64,000 nt of DNA from the human T2T-CHM13v2.0 reference genome, Homo sapiens. The translations under genes were made by a program, and so were the position numbers. Below the pieces are notes generated by a model. It saw only the letters and a list, made by a program, of their open reading frames with translations. It did no database searches and was not told the DNA's origin. The DNA is taken from the NCBI RefSeq assembly GCF_009914755.1, contig NC_060927.1; one strand, written 5' to 3'. Numbering within the stretch: position 1 is the first letter of the stretch; every line of letters starts with the position of its first letter. This document shows, piece by piece, positions 48,742 through 63,369 of the stretch.

Positions 48742-49499
48742 TTAGGCAGGAGAATCACTTAAACCCAGGAGGTGGAGGTTGCTGTGAGCCAAGACTGTGC
48801 CACTACACTCCAGCCTGGGTGACAGAGTGAGACTCCATCTCAAATAAAAAATAAAACAAAAGTATACTTTTGCCATTTTCTCTAGCACCTCTGCCTTTCC
48901 TTTGGTTTGATAGACCTCAGCTTCTCTATAGATTAGTTTTGTGTTCACTTAAAGGCATTTTTTTCCTTTTCAGCTGAAGGTGGAATCATCCATGTGTCTT
49001 CTATTTTATATCATTTCCCAGCACTAGCCTTATATAGGAGCCTTTTGGTAAAATATACATTTTTTTTTTTTTTGAGATGGAGTCTCACTCTGTCACCCAG
49101 CCTGGAGTGCAGTGGCACGATCTCAGCCCACTGCAGCCTCTGCCTCCCGAGTAGCTGGGATTACAGGTGCCCACTGCCACGCCCAGCTAATTTTTGTAGT
49201 GTTAGTAGAGACAGAGGTTCTCCATGTTGGCCAGGCTGGTCTCGAACTCCCGACCTCAGGTGATCCACCCACCTCGACCTCCCAAAGTGCTGGGATTACA
49301 GGTGTGAGCGACTGCACCTGGCCCTTTTTTTTTGAAGTTAAGGTATTTCCCGCATATTTTCTAGAACCAACTTAAAGTTGATTTTTATGAAAAATGAACA
49401 TTTTGGGCTGGGCATGGTGGCTCACGCCTGTAATCCCAGCACTTTGGGAGGCCAAGGCGGGCGGATCACGAGGTCAGGAGATCAAGACCATCCTCGCTA

Positions 49500-49682
<183 letters not shown>

Positions 49683-49805
49683 TCAAAAAAAAAAAAGTCA
49701 ACATTTTGGAGTGATCTGTATTTGAAAAGTGGTATGAATGTTTTGGTTAGTGTTGACTACTATAAAACAGTATTTCATTGCTGAAATAATTTCTTTTGAA
49801 ACCAG

Positions 49806-49924
49806 AGTAAATATTATCAGTGTCACTAACAAGGGACTACTGCACTCCTTCGACCTCCTGAAGGCAGTTTGCCTTGAATTCTCACCCAAAAATACTGTCC
49901 TGGCAACGTGGCAGCCTTACAGTA
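49806..49924 (+). CDS. EIF2A: EIF2A exon 4 (VNIISVTNKGLLHSFDLLKAVCLEFSPKNTVLATWQPYS)
   Basis: ACCAG acceptor, GTAAGT donor, 119 nt. Confidence 0.96.
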
Positions 49925-50777
49925 GTAAGTATTTTCTCAGTGTAAAAATACTCTGACACGATCAATTACGTTTAGTGGGGGGGAAAAGTTATAAAGTTTA
50001 TAACCTCATAAGAAAGTAATTAGTCTTTATGATAGTAAATAGTGTTTGTGAATATTTATGATCTACAGTGAATCTTGTACTCTCCAAATAAACAATGTAT
50101 TGAAAGTAATTTCAAGGTATATGGTAAGTTAATGTAAAGAGCCATTATGAGCTAAAGGAAAAGAAAAAGCTCAAGGGAAAATTCAGGAAGTAAATAACTG
50201 CTGGATAGAGATTTCTGAAGATTAAGAATAATAATGACTTTTAAAATCAAGACTTTTAAATAATTATTATGTGAAAGGAAGTACAGTAGACAAAACATCT
50301 AAGGGATGTGTATGGTAGAGTCGAAAATGTTGTGCCATTTTCCAAAATATTTAAAGAGATACTTAATGATAATACATTATATGAACATTTCATATAACTG
50401 TGTTTCATGTAATAAAATAGTTATAGGGGCTTATTTTAAGAAACATTTTCTAATAATGTTGATATTTTTGAATAAGTAAATGATAATAGGTCATTATTGG
50501 CTTACAAACCTCCTGAGTTTTTGTTCTTTCAAGAGGTATGAACTCTCATGAATCTAATTTTTCCAAGTAAATGAAAGAGATACTGAGAATCAGTTGAGAA
50601 TCATGAGTGGGTTATGTAACCTTTCATTTATTTATTTATTTATTTTGGTAACACAGAGGCAAGCTTTCATGATTTAACCCATTTGATAGTAATCCATATC
50701 AAACTTAATAAATAAGAAAAATAATCCCTTTACAAATGTTACAAGGCAATTACTGAAAAAAAGAAATTTTATTGCAG

Positions 50778-50877
50778 CTTCTAAAGATGGCACAGCTGGG
50801 ATACCCAACCTACAACTTTATGATGTGAAAACTGGGACATGTTTGAAATCTTTCATCCAGAAAAAAATGCAAAATTG
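50778..50877 (+). CDS. EIF2A: EIF2A exon 5 (TSKDGTAGIPNLQLYDVKTGTCLKSFIQKKMQNW)
   Basis: TTGCAG acceptor, GTAAAT donor, 100 nt. Confidence 0.96.
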
Positions 50878-51175
50878 GTAAATAAATGGCTTAAAATACT
50901 AATTTTTTACATAGTATTTTTAATGTCATCACTGTATAATATTTGTTTTCCTGATATTGATTTAAAAAATAACTTATCAGACAAAAATCTACATTTTTAA
51001 GGATTTTGTATGTAGGAATGTAATAGAGCAAAAACTTGATCCTTCTTTCCTTTAGTATTAAGTGGAAAGGAACAATGTTTTCTTTTTTTTGTTTGTTTGA
51101 GAGGGAGTCTCGCTCTGTCACCCAGGCTGGAGTGCAATGGCCTGATCTTGGCTCACGGCAACCTCTGCCTTCTAG

Positions 51176-51403
<228 letters not shown>

Positions 51404-51561
51404 TAAAACTATTAGTAACTGACTTAATATCATATTTATAAGTGTTTATAAGTGTTTTTCCTTAAATGGTAACCAATATCATAAATTACTTTAACATGTT
51501 AATGTGATGTTACATTCTGTCTGAATATTTTTTATACTTTTTTTTTTTTTCATTGACATAG

Positions 51562-51644
51562 GTGTCCATCCTGGTCAGAAGATGAAACTCTTTGTGCCCG
51601 CAATGTTAACAATGAAGTTCACTTCTTTGAAAACAACAATTTTA
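51562..51644 (+). CDS. EIF2A: EIF2A exon 6 (CPSWSEDETLCARNVNNEVHFFENNNF)
   Basis: Poly-T tract then ACATAG acceptor, GTATGG donor, 83 nt. Confidence 0.96.
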
Positions 51645-53043
51645 GTATGGAAAGATTTATGACATAATTTTATTACTTACTGTAATCGTATACAGTTTCC
51701 ATTAACTTTTATGACATCATAGGGTTTTCCTAAATACTGTTAATCTATTAATCAATAATTACTCTTACATACATTTGCATAATTCTTTATAAGTCTGAAT
51801 TCAGTGAAAATCTGTAACACAAAGGTTTTCTTTTACAATAACTTTTTATTATCTGGTAATTGCTATTAAGACATTTGAATATCTTTTCCTGAATTTAATT
51901 GCTATTGAAATTCTGTGACACAAATTTTTTAGATATTTTATCGTGTAGAATTTTAAACTTCAGACACCTAGTTCTAGTAACCATCAGCTTGTGGCCAATC
52001 TTATCTCATCCATACATCTCTCCAGCTACCATCTCTTACTAAGTGAAAGCAAATCCCAGATATGGTTATACTTTTATATACTTGTTAAATATGTAATTGT
52101 AAATATTTCAGAGTAGATTTCTGAAGATTGGGGCCTTTCATTTTTTAAACTTAGCCACAAAACCATTATCACAAATTATTAAATATGTGTTCAAATTTCT
52201 ACTAATTGCAAATGTTACAATTTTTTTTAAAACTCGGGATCCAAATAAGGTACTGCACATTGTGGTTGATTGATATATCTTTTATGTTTCTTTTGGTCCT
52301 ATAAGTTCCCACTCTATCTGTTATTTTATTCTTCATAATTTATTGTTTAAGAAACAAGGTTATTTGTCTTTCACGTTTTCCCATAGTTTGAATTTTGCTT
52401 TTGTATCCCATGGTATAATTTAACATGTTCATCTGTCCCCTATAAATTGCAAGTTGGCTCTAGAGTTTCAGCTTCAGGTTCTTTTTTAGGTGAGTAAGGG
52501 TAAGACTACATTATAAGGTGATGTTCACTTCTTTTATCAAGAAGCACATAATGTCTGGTTGTCTTTAATTTTGTAGGCTTAGCTGACATTAATGTTTCAT
52601 GCCTGGATGCATTATTTCATCAGTGGTTGCAAATTGTTGATACTCTGGTTTTTTCTCCCTCACTTATTTTTCAGCTGTACTGCTTCTATAAAGAAAAATT
52701 TCCCCTTCTACTATTTGGTTACCTAGTGCTGCATTTATATAGAAAAGGCGGGATAAATATTCTTGCTCTTATCAGTTTTAATATAATGTATTCCACCTCT
52801 AGCAACCTTCATTGTAACCAATTAGCTTTTTCCCCATTCTTGTTTTTCGAGAGTGGGCCTCATTCTTTTGTCCAAGCTGAGTGCAATCATGGCTCACTGC
52901 AATCTCGACTTCCTGGGCTCAAGCAATTCTCCTGCCTCAGCCTCCCAAGTAGCTGGGACTACAGGCTTGCACCACCATGCCCGGCTAATTTTTGATTATT
53001 TGTAGAGACAGGATCTCATTATGTTGCCCAGGCTGTTCTTTAG

Positions 53044-53187
<144 letters not shown>

Positions 53188-54956
53188 TAGCTGAGATTAC
53201 AGGCATGTGCCAACATGCCCGGCCAATTTTGTATTTTTAGTAGAGATGGGGTTTCGCCATGTTGGTCAGGCTGGTCTCGAGCTCCCGAACTCAGGTGATC
53301 CACCTGCCTCACCCTCCCAAAGTGCTGGCATTACAGGCGTGAGCCACCACGCCTGGCCTTTTTAGTCCCATTCTTAATGAGCTGTGGATTTAAAAGGTAT
53401 GTGTTTCAGTCCATTGTAGTTATTTTTCTTATTGATGCTCAAATTGTCTCATCTTTGATCAATTAATCCTTAGTGACTTCTTTGCTATATGGTAAGACAA
53501 GTCATTCTAGGATTAATTTGTACATTTCTAACCATTACACCTAGAACTGGCTAATTTTTCAGGAAACCCTGTCGCCTTTTTGGTGTGCTACTTTTGAATA
53601 GCTATTGATCTCTGAAATTGAACAAAGAAAAAGTATTAGCTCTTGATCTCATTGAAGGAAACATTAAAAGGTAATAGGGTTTCTTGAAAAATTGGCTGAG
53701 TCTAGCAAAAAAAAAGGTATTTAGGTTCTAGAGATTCTTATTTGCTGTTGCATTGATCATTGTTTCTAGGCCTTTTTTTTCTATTTAAAAGATGTAACAA
53801 TCATAATTTTATTTAAATTAAAGTTTTATACGTATAGTTTTATTTAAATTGAAGACTACAAGGTTTTTATTTAACTTCTATCTTATTTGTATTGCCTTCT
53901 GTCACCACCAAGAATCTTGTTACTCTGGAATACCAGGGATGATAATTTGAGAATATCACATTCACATAAGTATTCATTTGGTTTGTTCCACATTATCCAC
54001 AAGGTATTCTTACAATCTTAATACCAAAAAGTAACACTGTTACTGAAAATAATTTTTTAAAAAGGGTTTGCAGTTCTTTTGTCTTTAGAGCATCCCATTA
54101 CTGATTGTACAGTTTTGAGTATATCATAGTTAGAATAGGAATTGGTAACTTTGTTCACACGTACCAAAGATGGCATGTAGGCTGATTTTGAGCAGCATCC
54201 AATCAGTATAGTTATGCATTTTATTTTCCTGTGTTTGAGGCGCACTGTCACCTCACTGTTTCTGGGTTAGCTTGCTTTCTTGTCTTATTCTCCTCTTTGT
54301 GAGCATGTCAAATGAAGAGGGATCACCACTTTGACAGTTTGGTGTGCTGCTTTTGAAAAGCCATTGATCTCTGAAATTGAACAAAGAAAGTATATTAGCT
54401 CTTGATCTAATTAACTAGAGTGGCAGTTTTATTAATAATAGCATGGCTCAGACTGCCTGGAATAGAGTAAGCTCTTAATATCAGCCATTGTTACTGTGGT
54501 TGTGATCATCATTATCATGCATCTGTTTATCACATTAAGTTACAGAATTTCCATATCCACATTCTGCAGTAGCAGGCCAAGGTTGATCTTTTCCTTCTAA
54601 TAGGCTCTAAGACCACTTTATTTCAGCGATTGAAGAGAGGATAACTGACATTTATCAAATACCTACCATGTGCCTGGCACTCTTCTCTTAAAACCAATTA
54701 CTGAGAGTTGGGTGGTATAATCCCATTACTTGCCTAAGCTCACACTGCAAGTAAATGACTGAGTAGAAATTGAAGCCTACATTTGTCTTGCTCCTACCCC
54801 ATGCTTTTTCCACTGTGTTACTGTATCTCACCAGGAGGAGACTACAGTGAGTAGTATTGGTGTGTAGTTATAGTGATCTTTGATAATGTATTCAGAGTTT
54901 AACATGTTCCTTTTAGGTTCTCTCATCAATCTGATTTAATTTACTCTTTTTTTTAG

Positions 54957-55030
54957 ACACAATTGCAAATAAATTGCATTTGCAAAAAATTAATGATTTT
55001 GTATTATCACCTGGACCCCAACCATACAAG
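54957..55030 (+). CDS. EIF2A: EIF2A exon 7 (NTIANKLHLQKINDFVLSPGPQPYK)
   Basis: TTTTAG acceptor, GTAATT donor, 74 nt. Confidence 0.96.
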
Positions 55031-55165
55031 GTAATTGCTGTTTTTGTTTATGTGTAATATTATGTGTTTAAACCTTTTCCTAGTTTTTTGTGATTGTAAA
55101 AACATGTCCATCTCAGTTTTTATTCTTCAAAAAATTAAGTAATGATTTATGTCTATGTATCTTAG

Positions 55166-55310
55166 GTGGCTGTCTATGTTCCAGGAAGTAAAGGTGCACC
55201 TTCATTTGTTAGATTATATCAGTACCCCAACTTTGCTGGACCTCATGCAGCTTTAGCTAATAAAAGTTTCTTTAAGGCAGATAAAGTTACAATGCTGTGG
55301 AATAAAAAAG
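55166..55310 (+). CDS. EIF2A: EIF2A exon 8 (VAVYVPGSKGAPSFVRLYQYPNFAGPHAALANKSFFKADKVTMLWNKK)
   Basis: CTTAG acceptor, GTATGT donor, 145 nt. Confidence 0.97.
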
Positions 55311-55439
55311 GTATGTTAAGTATATTTTATCCCTCCCTTTGTTTATCAGTTGTTAATTTAGGCTATATTCCTATGTGTATAACAGAAGAATCAATGCCCA
55401 TTTGTGTTTTAAATCTAATTAAAGTTTTTACTGTTATAG

Positions 55440-55556
55440 CTACTGCTGTGTTGGTAATAGCTAGCACAGATGTTGACAAGACAGGAGCTTCCTACTATGG
55501 AGAACAAACTCTACACTACATTGCAACAAATGGAGAAAGTGCTGTAGTGCAATTAC
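55440..55556 (+). CDS. EIF2A: EIF2A exon 9 (ATAVLVIASTDVDKTGASYYGEQTLHYIATNGESAVVQL)
   Basis: TTATAG acceptor, GTGAGT donor, 117 nt; eIF2A family motif DVDKTGxSYYGE. Confidence 0.97.
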
Positions 55557-58225
55557 GTGAGTATTCCAGCAGTCTTCCTTTGATTAGAAACAATGATAGT
55601 AAAAAATACTATGCCATAAAGATGATATAATCTAAATTCTTGATCAAAAGATAGAATTCATATGCCTTAATAACCTTTAAGATAAAATTTTTCTTAATTA
55701 AGAAACTTAAAAATCATCCTCCAACATACCTTATTTTGGCAGAATACAATTAGTTATTTGAGTTACGCCATCGTTTTAGAAGTGAACTTCCTGAGTAAGG
55801 TAATTCCATTGTAGTAGCTCTTTTGGAACTTACTTAGCTAATTATGACGGCAAATTGCTTAATACTGTCTTTAGAATTGTTAGTAATATGCAAGAGGCCA
55901 GGCATGGTGGCTCGTGCCAGTAATTCCAACACATTTTGGGAGTCTGAGATGGGAGGATCATTTGAACTCAGGAGTTCAAGACCAGCCTGATCAACATAGT
56001 GAGACCCTACCTCTACAAAAAATAGAAAAAGTTAGCCAGGCATGGTGGCGTATGCCTGTAGTCCCAGCTCCTCAGGAGACTGAGGCAGGAGGATCACTTG
56101 AGCCCAGAAGTTCAAGGCTGCAGTGAGCTATGATCATGTCACTGTACTTCAGCCTGGGTGAAAGAGCGAGACCCTGTCTCAAAATAATAATATCCAAGAA
56201 TGTTACCACTTCATCTGTTGTTTTAATGAACTAAAACTTTAAAATAATAGTTTTAAAATACTGATAGCGTCCTAATTTTCTCATTTTGAATTGAACATGT
56301 GTAAGTAGGGTAATCTATGTTTTAAAAAAACTATTTCCATTGAAGTCAGAGAAAAAACAAGGATGGCTCCCCTTTTCACTTTATTTTAATAACATTCTGA
56401 AATACCTAGTCACTATAATCAGCAGAAGTAAAATATATACAGTTTTGAAAGAAAACAAAATCATCTCTGCTCATGTAGATGAAGTCACACTATAACAGCT
56501 ACTTTAAAAAAATGAAAGATTCCATATATAGCAAAAATAATAGGAACAAATATATAGGGCCAATGAGAAGAAAACTTTAAAACTCTTCAGAGAGACAAAC
56601 TATGACCTTTACTAAGAAGAATTATTTTTATAAAGATGTCATTTCTCTCTTGTCAGTCTAAAACTAAATTTAAATGCTAACTGATTTTTTTTTTTTTAAC
56701 TAAATAAACTGGCTGTAAGGTTGGTGTTGAAAAATGAACACACAAGAATATTTTGGAAACTTGTGTAAAAGAAGAGCAGGGCAGGGGAAGTTATCTGGAG
56801 TTCTGACACTACCAGATATTAAAATGTACCCAGCACTTTGGGAGGTTGAGGCGGGCAGATCATGAGGTCAGGAGATCAAGACCATCCTGGCTAACATGGT
56901 GAAACCCCATCTTTACTAAAAATACAAAAATTAGTTGGGTGTGGTGGTACATGCCTGTAATCCTAGCTACTCGGGAGGCTGAGGCATGAGAATTGCTTGA
57001 ACCCAGGAGTGGGAGGTTGCAATGAGCCAAGATCGTGCCACCGCACTCCAGCCCGCTGACAGGGTGAGACTCTGTCACAAAAAAAAAAAAAGTAAGCCAA
57101 TTGTAATTAAGACAGTTTGGTTGTGGTATATGGATATACTGGTAAAACTGATAAATCAGTGGAAGAGAACAGAGTCCAGAAGTAGATCCATACTTTTGTA
57201 GACATTAATATATAATAAAGTCAGCATTTGAATCAATGGAGGAGAAAATATTGATCATTTAATATGTGGTTTGGGATAACTGGCTAGCCATTCGAAACAA
57301 AAGGTTATTATCTTCTTCACAAAATAAATTCTGGTTGGGTCAAAAACTTATACATAAGACTGCAGAGGAATTAGAAGAATATATGGGAGAATTTTTTTTC
57401 TAATCTTAAGAGTAGAAAAAGACTTTTTAAACAAGATAGAAGTACTAAGGGGAAAAAATAATGAATTTGACTAGAGAAGAATAATGGATTATTACAATGA
57501 GAGAAGAAAAGAGTCCATAAATTAAGCAAAATGAACAAAAAGTTGGGGAAAATATGTTTTTTAAATAGTCAAGTGATAAGTATGAGGAAGGTCAAATTTT
57601 CTTAATATATCAAGTAAGCCAAGTAAAAGACCAATAATTGGAGAAAAATAAAATAGGCATAGGATAGTAAAAATTAGTCCTCAGAGCCGGTGCAGTGGCT
57701 CATGCATATAATCCCAACTATCTAGGAGGCTGAGGTGGGAGGATTGTATGAGCCGAGAAATTTGAGGCTGCAGCAAGCTAAGATCCCACGGCTGTACTGC
57801 AGTCTTGGTGACAAAATGAGACCATCTCTTTAAAAAAAAAAAGAAGAAGAAAAAAAATCAGCCCATAGAAAAAGAAATAAAATTACTTACAGTAAAAGAT
57901 GCTTAACTTATAATTTAAAAAATACAAATGAAAACAAGATAGACATTTTCACTTAGTAGGCTGATGGAGATAAAAATATGAAACTACACAGTATAGTTGA
58001 AGGATAGTGAGGGGGAAGCCTGCATCATCAAAAACTGCTGACAGAGGCTGGGCACGGTGGCTCATGCCTGTAATCAATCCCAGCACTTTGGGAGGCTGAG
58101 GCAGGTGGATCACCTGACGTTAGGAGTTCAAAAACCAGCCTGACCAACATGGCGAAACCCCATCTCTACTAAAAATACAAAATTAGCCCGGCGTGGTGGC
58201 TCATGCCTGTAATCCCAGCTACTCA

Positions 58226-58642
<417 letters not shown>

Positions 58643-59223
58643 TGATCTGCCCACCTTGGCCTCCCAAAGTCCTGGGATTACAGGCGTGAGCCATCGCACC
58701 TGGTCTTATGTGGCATTTTTAAAAATATAGGGCCCAGTGGCTCATGCCTATAATCCTAGCACTTTGGAATGCCAAGGCAGGAGGATCCCTTTAGCCCAGG
58801 AAGTCGAGGCAGCAGTAAGCTGTGATCATGCCACTGCACTCCAGCCTGGGCCACAAAGTAAGATCCCATTTCTATAAATAAATAAATAAACAAATAAATA
58901 AATAAATTAGTTTGTATTTTGATTACCATCTGCACGTATTACCCCTTCCAAAAACAAATTTATTAATAGTAACAAACTATTACTATAAGGCCATATTACC
59001 AAAATGTTTAAAAGAAATTAAGATTCAATAGGGGTTCTTAAATAAATTTATGATTATACATTAATCCCCCTAGTATATAATGTAAGAGTATTTTAATGTT
59101 AACATTCCTTGAAATTTTTTTATCTGTTTGATGTGTTTGTGAGTACTATATGATGGTAACTTTTGCTAACAAATATTTATATAGTTCTTTATTGCTAATT
59201 TGGGCTTTATATTCTTTTTCTAG

Positions 59224-59795
59224 CAAAAAATGGCCCCATTTATGATGTAGTTTGGAATTCTAGTTCTACTGAGTTTTGTGCTGTATATGGTTTTATGCCT
59301 GCCAAAGCGACAATTTTCAACTTGAAATGTGATCCTGTATTTGACTTTGGAACTGGTCCTCGTAATGCAGCCTACTATAGCCCTCATGGACATATATTAG
59401 TATTAGCTGGATTTGGAAATCTGAGGGGACAAATGGAAGTGTGGGATGTGAAAAACTACAAACTTATTTCTAAACCGGTGGCTTCTGATTCTACATATTT
59501 TGCTTGGTGCCCGGATGGTGAGCATATTTTAACAGCTACATGTGCTCCCAGGTTACGGGTTAATAATGGATACAAAATTTGGCATTATACTGGCTCTATC
59601 TTGCACAAGTATGATGTGCCATCAAATGCAGAATTATGGCAGGTTTCTTGGCAGCCATTTTTGGATGGAATATTTCCAGCAAAAACAATAACTTACCAAG
59701 CAGTTCCAAGTGAAGTACCCAATGAGGAACCTAAAGTTGCAACAGCTTATAGACCCCCAGCTTTAAGAAATAAACCAATCACCAATTCCAAATTG
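59224..59795 (+). CDS. EIF2A: EIF2A exon 10 (PKNGPIYDVVWN...YRPPALRNKPITNSKL), WD-repeat beta-propeller core
   Basis: TTTCTAG acceptor, GTAAGT donor, 572 nt; motifs AGFGNLRG, TATCAPRLRVNNG, YRPP. Confidence 0.98.
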
Positions 59796-59934
59796 GTAAG
59801 TAAAGTTTTACTACTTTTATAGAAAAAAGTTTATTTTGGGCCAGGAGTGGTGGTTCACATCCGTAATCCCAGCACTTCGGGAGGCCGAGGCGGGAGGATC
59901 ACTTGAGGTCAGGAGTTTGAGACCAGACTGGCTA

Positions 59935-60207
<273 letters not shown>

Positions 60208-60514
60208 CTATTTAACCAGTATTGTTTTATTTATGTAAAATTATATAAAGACATAACATGATATTTATTTGTATTTATCATATTTATTTAGATTTAAAAA
60301 GAAAGTATATAGTAGACTTCAGATTTTTCCTATTTCTGTATTGGAATTTTCCTTACCTCAGATAAAAACAAAAGTAACTCCAACCCATCCTGCTTTCTGA
60401 ATCTGTGCATGATGGCACAATTCTTTGATCCATAAAAGTAGTAGGTTTATTTTGGTGAGGGGGAGAAATTGATACAGAAAATAATACTTTGAAAATGGTG
60501 ATGAAATTAGGTAA

Positions 60515-60831
<317 letters not shown>

Positions 60832-62915
60832 TAACATTTAAGATTTCTACTAAATTGTTGCTTTTTTATGTGGCGTGATGATTGTGTGGTCCTGTCAAAT
60901 CATTTTAGTTGAAGTAGCTATATGCCCAGTAATTAGAAATGTTTACGTGTATCTAATTCCAGAAATGAGCTAAATTACAAAGAAAATACTGTCAAGAAAT
61001 TACTAGAAACAAAGACAGTGTAGTAGATAACTTCACAAAGGAGGAGAGTTACACAGCAGTAGGGGAAAAAAGGTGTTGGGGTTCGTCCCTCACAGAAAAA
61101 AGTTTTTTATAAGTAAAAATTTATATATAAATTATACTTAAAGAATATTTATTAGCTTTCCAAAAAAACCTTCACCTTTTAAAATGCGTTCGTTGGTCCG
61201 GTGTGGGGGTTTCGATCTGTAATCTCAGCACTTTGGGAGACCGAGGCGGGTGGATCGCCTGAGCTCAGGAGTTTGAGACCAGCCAGGGCAACATGGTGAG
61301 ACCCCATCACTACTAAAAATGCAAAACAAATAGTTGGGCATGGTGGTGTCTGCCTGTGATCCCAGCAACTCGGGAGTGTTGAGGTGGGAAATTCACTTGA
61401 GCCCAGAAGGAGGAGGTTGCAGTGAGCTGAGAAATTAAAATGTGTTCATCAAAAACAGTCCCATAATAATTGATATAACTGAATAAACAAAGTTTATTAA
61501 TGAGAATGAAATTATGCGTAATGAGCACATAGTACCAAAACCAGAAAAAACTCATGATTTATAGTAGTTGTGTGGATTTTTTTCGTCTCAAGTGAAAGGC
61601 TCTCAGTGGCTACATGATGCTCATAAGCGTGGAAGAGACTTGTAACTTATCTTTTCTTCTTGTATCATTTTTCATCAAAGTTCTGAGCAGAAACTTTTCG
61701 GCCAAAGTAAACTACTACAGAAGAGCCCACTATTGAAAGAATTTTCATATTATGTATAAAACAAATGTTCAGCAAATATTGTATAACTTAAGTAGCATTT
61801 TATGCAACATGGATAAAAATGAAATGAAAGAGCCTTGCACTCCAAATTTGTCTGCTGTTCTACAAATGTGGGTTCTCATAATATTCAGTTTGTTTCAAGT
61901 AGAATATGAACATACCCAGAACTTTGATGACCTGAAATAGTTAATGCATTTGCTAAGATAAGGTCACTTTATGGTTTCTTATTTATTACTCTGCATCTTA
62001 AGTGTTTGAGCTCTGCTCATTTCCATATAGAACTTATAAGTAAAATGCGGATCTGAGACCTAGTACTCAAGAAACTTCATGGAGAGCTGGTACTTTTGAT
62101 GTGCTGAGTTATGGTACAGTCTAAGAGACAGTTAACATTAAAATAATAGCAATATAGATAGAAATCAGTAAGTACCTGAATCTGATAGAGAGTTGTAGTG
62201 CCATCACTTATACTGTATGTTGTCTAAAACTGTTCTGGAGATACACTGAACCTATAATTCACCATCTTTTCTATTGTGGAATATAGTTGTTACATGGTTA
62301 CATGAATATCTGATGTTGGAAATGATTGTCTTCATTGTGTAATCTGACAAGCCATGTAATTTTTTTTTGGTCTCTTCATATGTCAATCCCAGATTTGTAA
62401 TTATCTAGTTAATTACTCCTTTCTATTTCATTTATTTTCTTATAATCTATTCTTGTTTTTTCATTTGCTTTTATTTTTAATCTTCTAATTTCTGATTTTA
62501 CAAGTAAAGATCTAGCAAGTAATTCTTTGTGTGAAGAAAACAAGCGAGGCAACTGGGTTTCTGTTGACAATAGTTAGAACCAAAAAGGCCTCAGAAGAAG
62601 CTGTTGTTGGTATCTAGTTTTCATAAGAATCATGTGTCTGTAGTAGTGCTAAGAAAAATTCTGTTTGAACAAAACTAAAGTGAATTTTGCCAGCTCTGAT
62701 ATGATTGAAAGATATAGGAACTAATAGGAAGACCCTAATTAAATCCATCCTGACAGTTGGAGTGTGCCACTACCAATGAGTTTCAAAATAATCTTTGCTA
62801 ATGATCTTAAATTTGATAAAATAAGTTTATCCTATATTAGCAGAAGTGTATAATTTGTTGTTGTAGGTGTTTACAACATGGACTCCATTTCAAAATTATT
62901 TTACATTTTCCATAG

Positions 62916-63029
62916 CATGAAGAGGAACCACCTCAGAATATGAAACCACAATCAGGAAACGATAAGCCATTATCAAAAACAGCTCTTAAAAATCAAAGGA
63001 AGCATGAAGCTAAGAAAGCTGCAAAGCAG
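62916..63029 (+). CDS. EIF2A: EIF2A exon 11 ([38 protein letters not shown]); gene continues beyond window
   Basis: CCATAG acceptor, GTATTT donor, 114 nt; cumulative CDS 1497 nt = 499 codons, no stop yet. Confidence 0.96.
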
Positions 63030-63240
63030 GTATTTGGGGCACTAATCTCATAACAAAACAAATAGTCAGTTATGGCCGGGCGCAGTGGCTCACGCCCGTA
63101 ATCCCAGCACTTTGGGAGGCTGAGGCGAGTGGATCACTTGAGGTTAGAAGTTCAAGACCAGACTGGCCAACGTGGTGAAACCCTGTCTCTACTAAAAATT
63201 CAAAAATTAGTTGGCCATGGCTTATAATCTCAGCTACTCA

Positions 63241-63369
<129 letters not shown>

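Noticed and set aside
54150-54420. Possible intronic snoRNA, since TOP-like translation factor genes often host them
   Set aside because: No convincing C/D boxes with terminal stem or H/ACA architecture visible by eye; needs an Rfam/Infernal scan
55031-55165. EIF2A intron 7 is also a multiple of 3 (135 nt)
   Set aside because: In-frame TAA at its ninth codon, so no read-through
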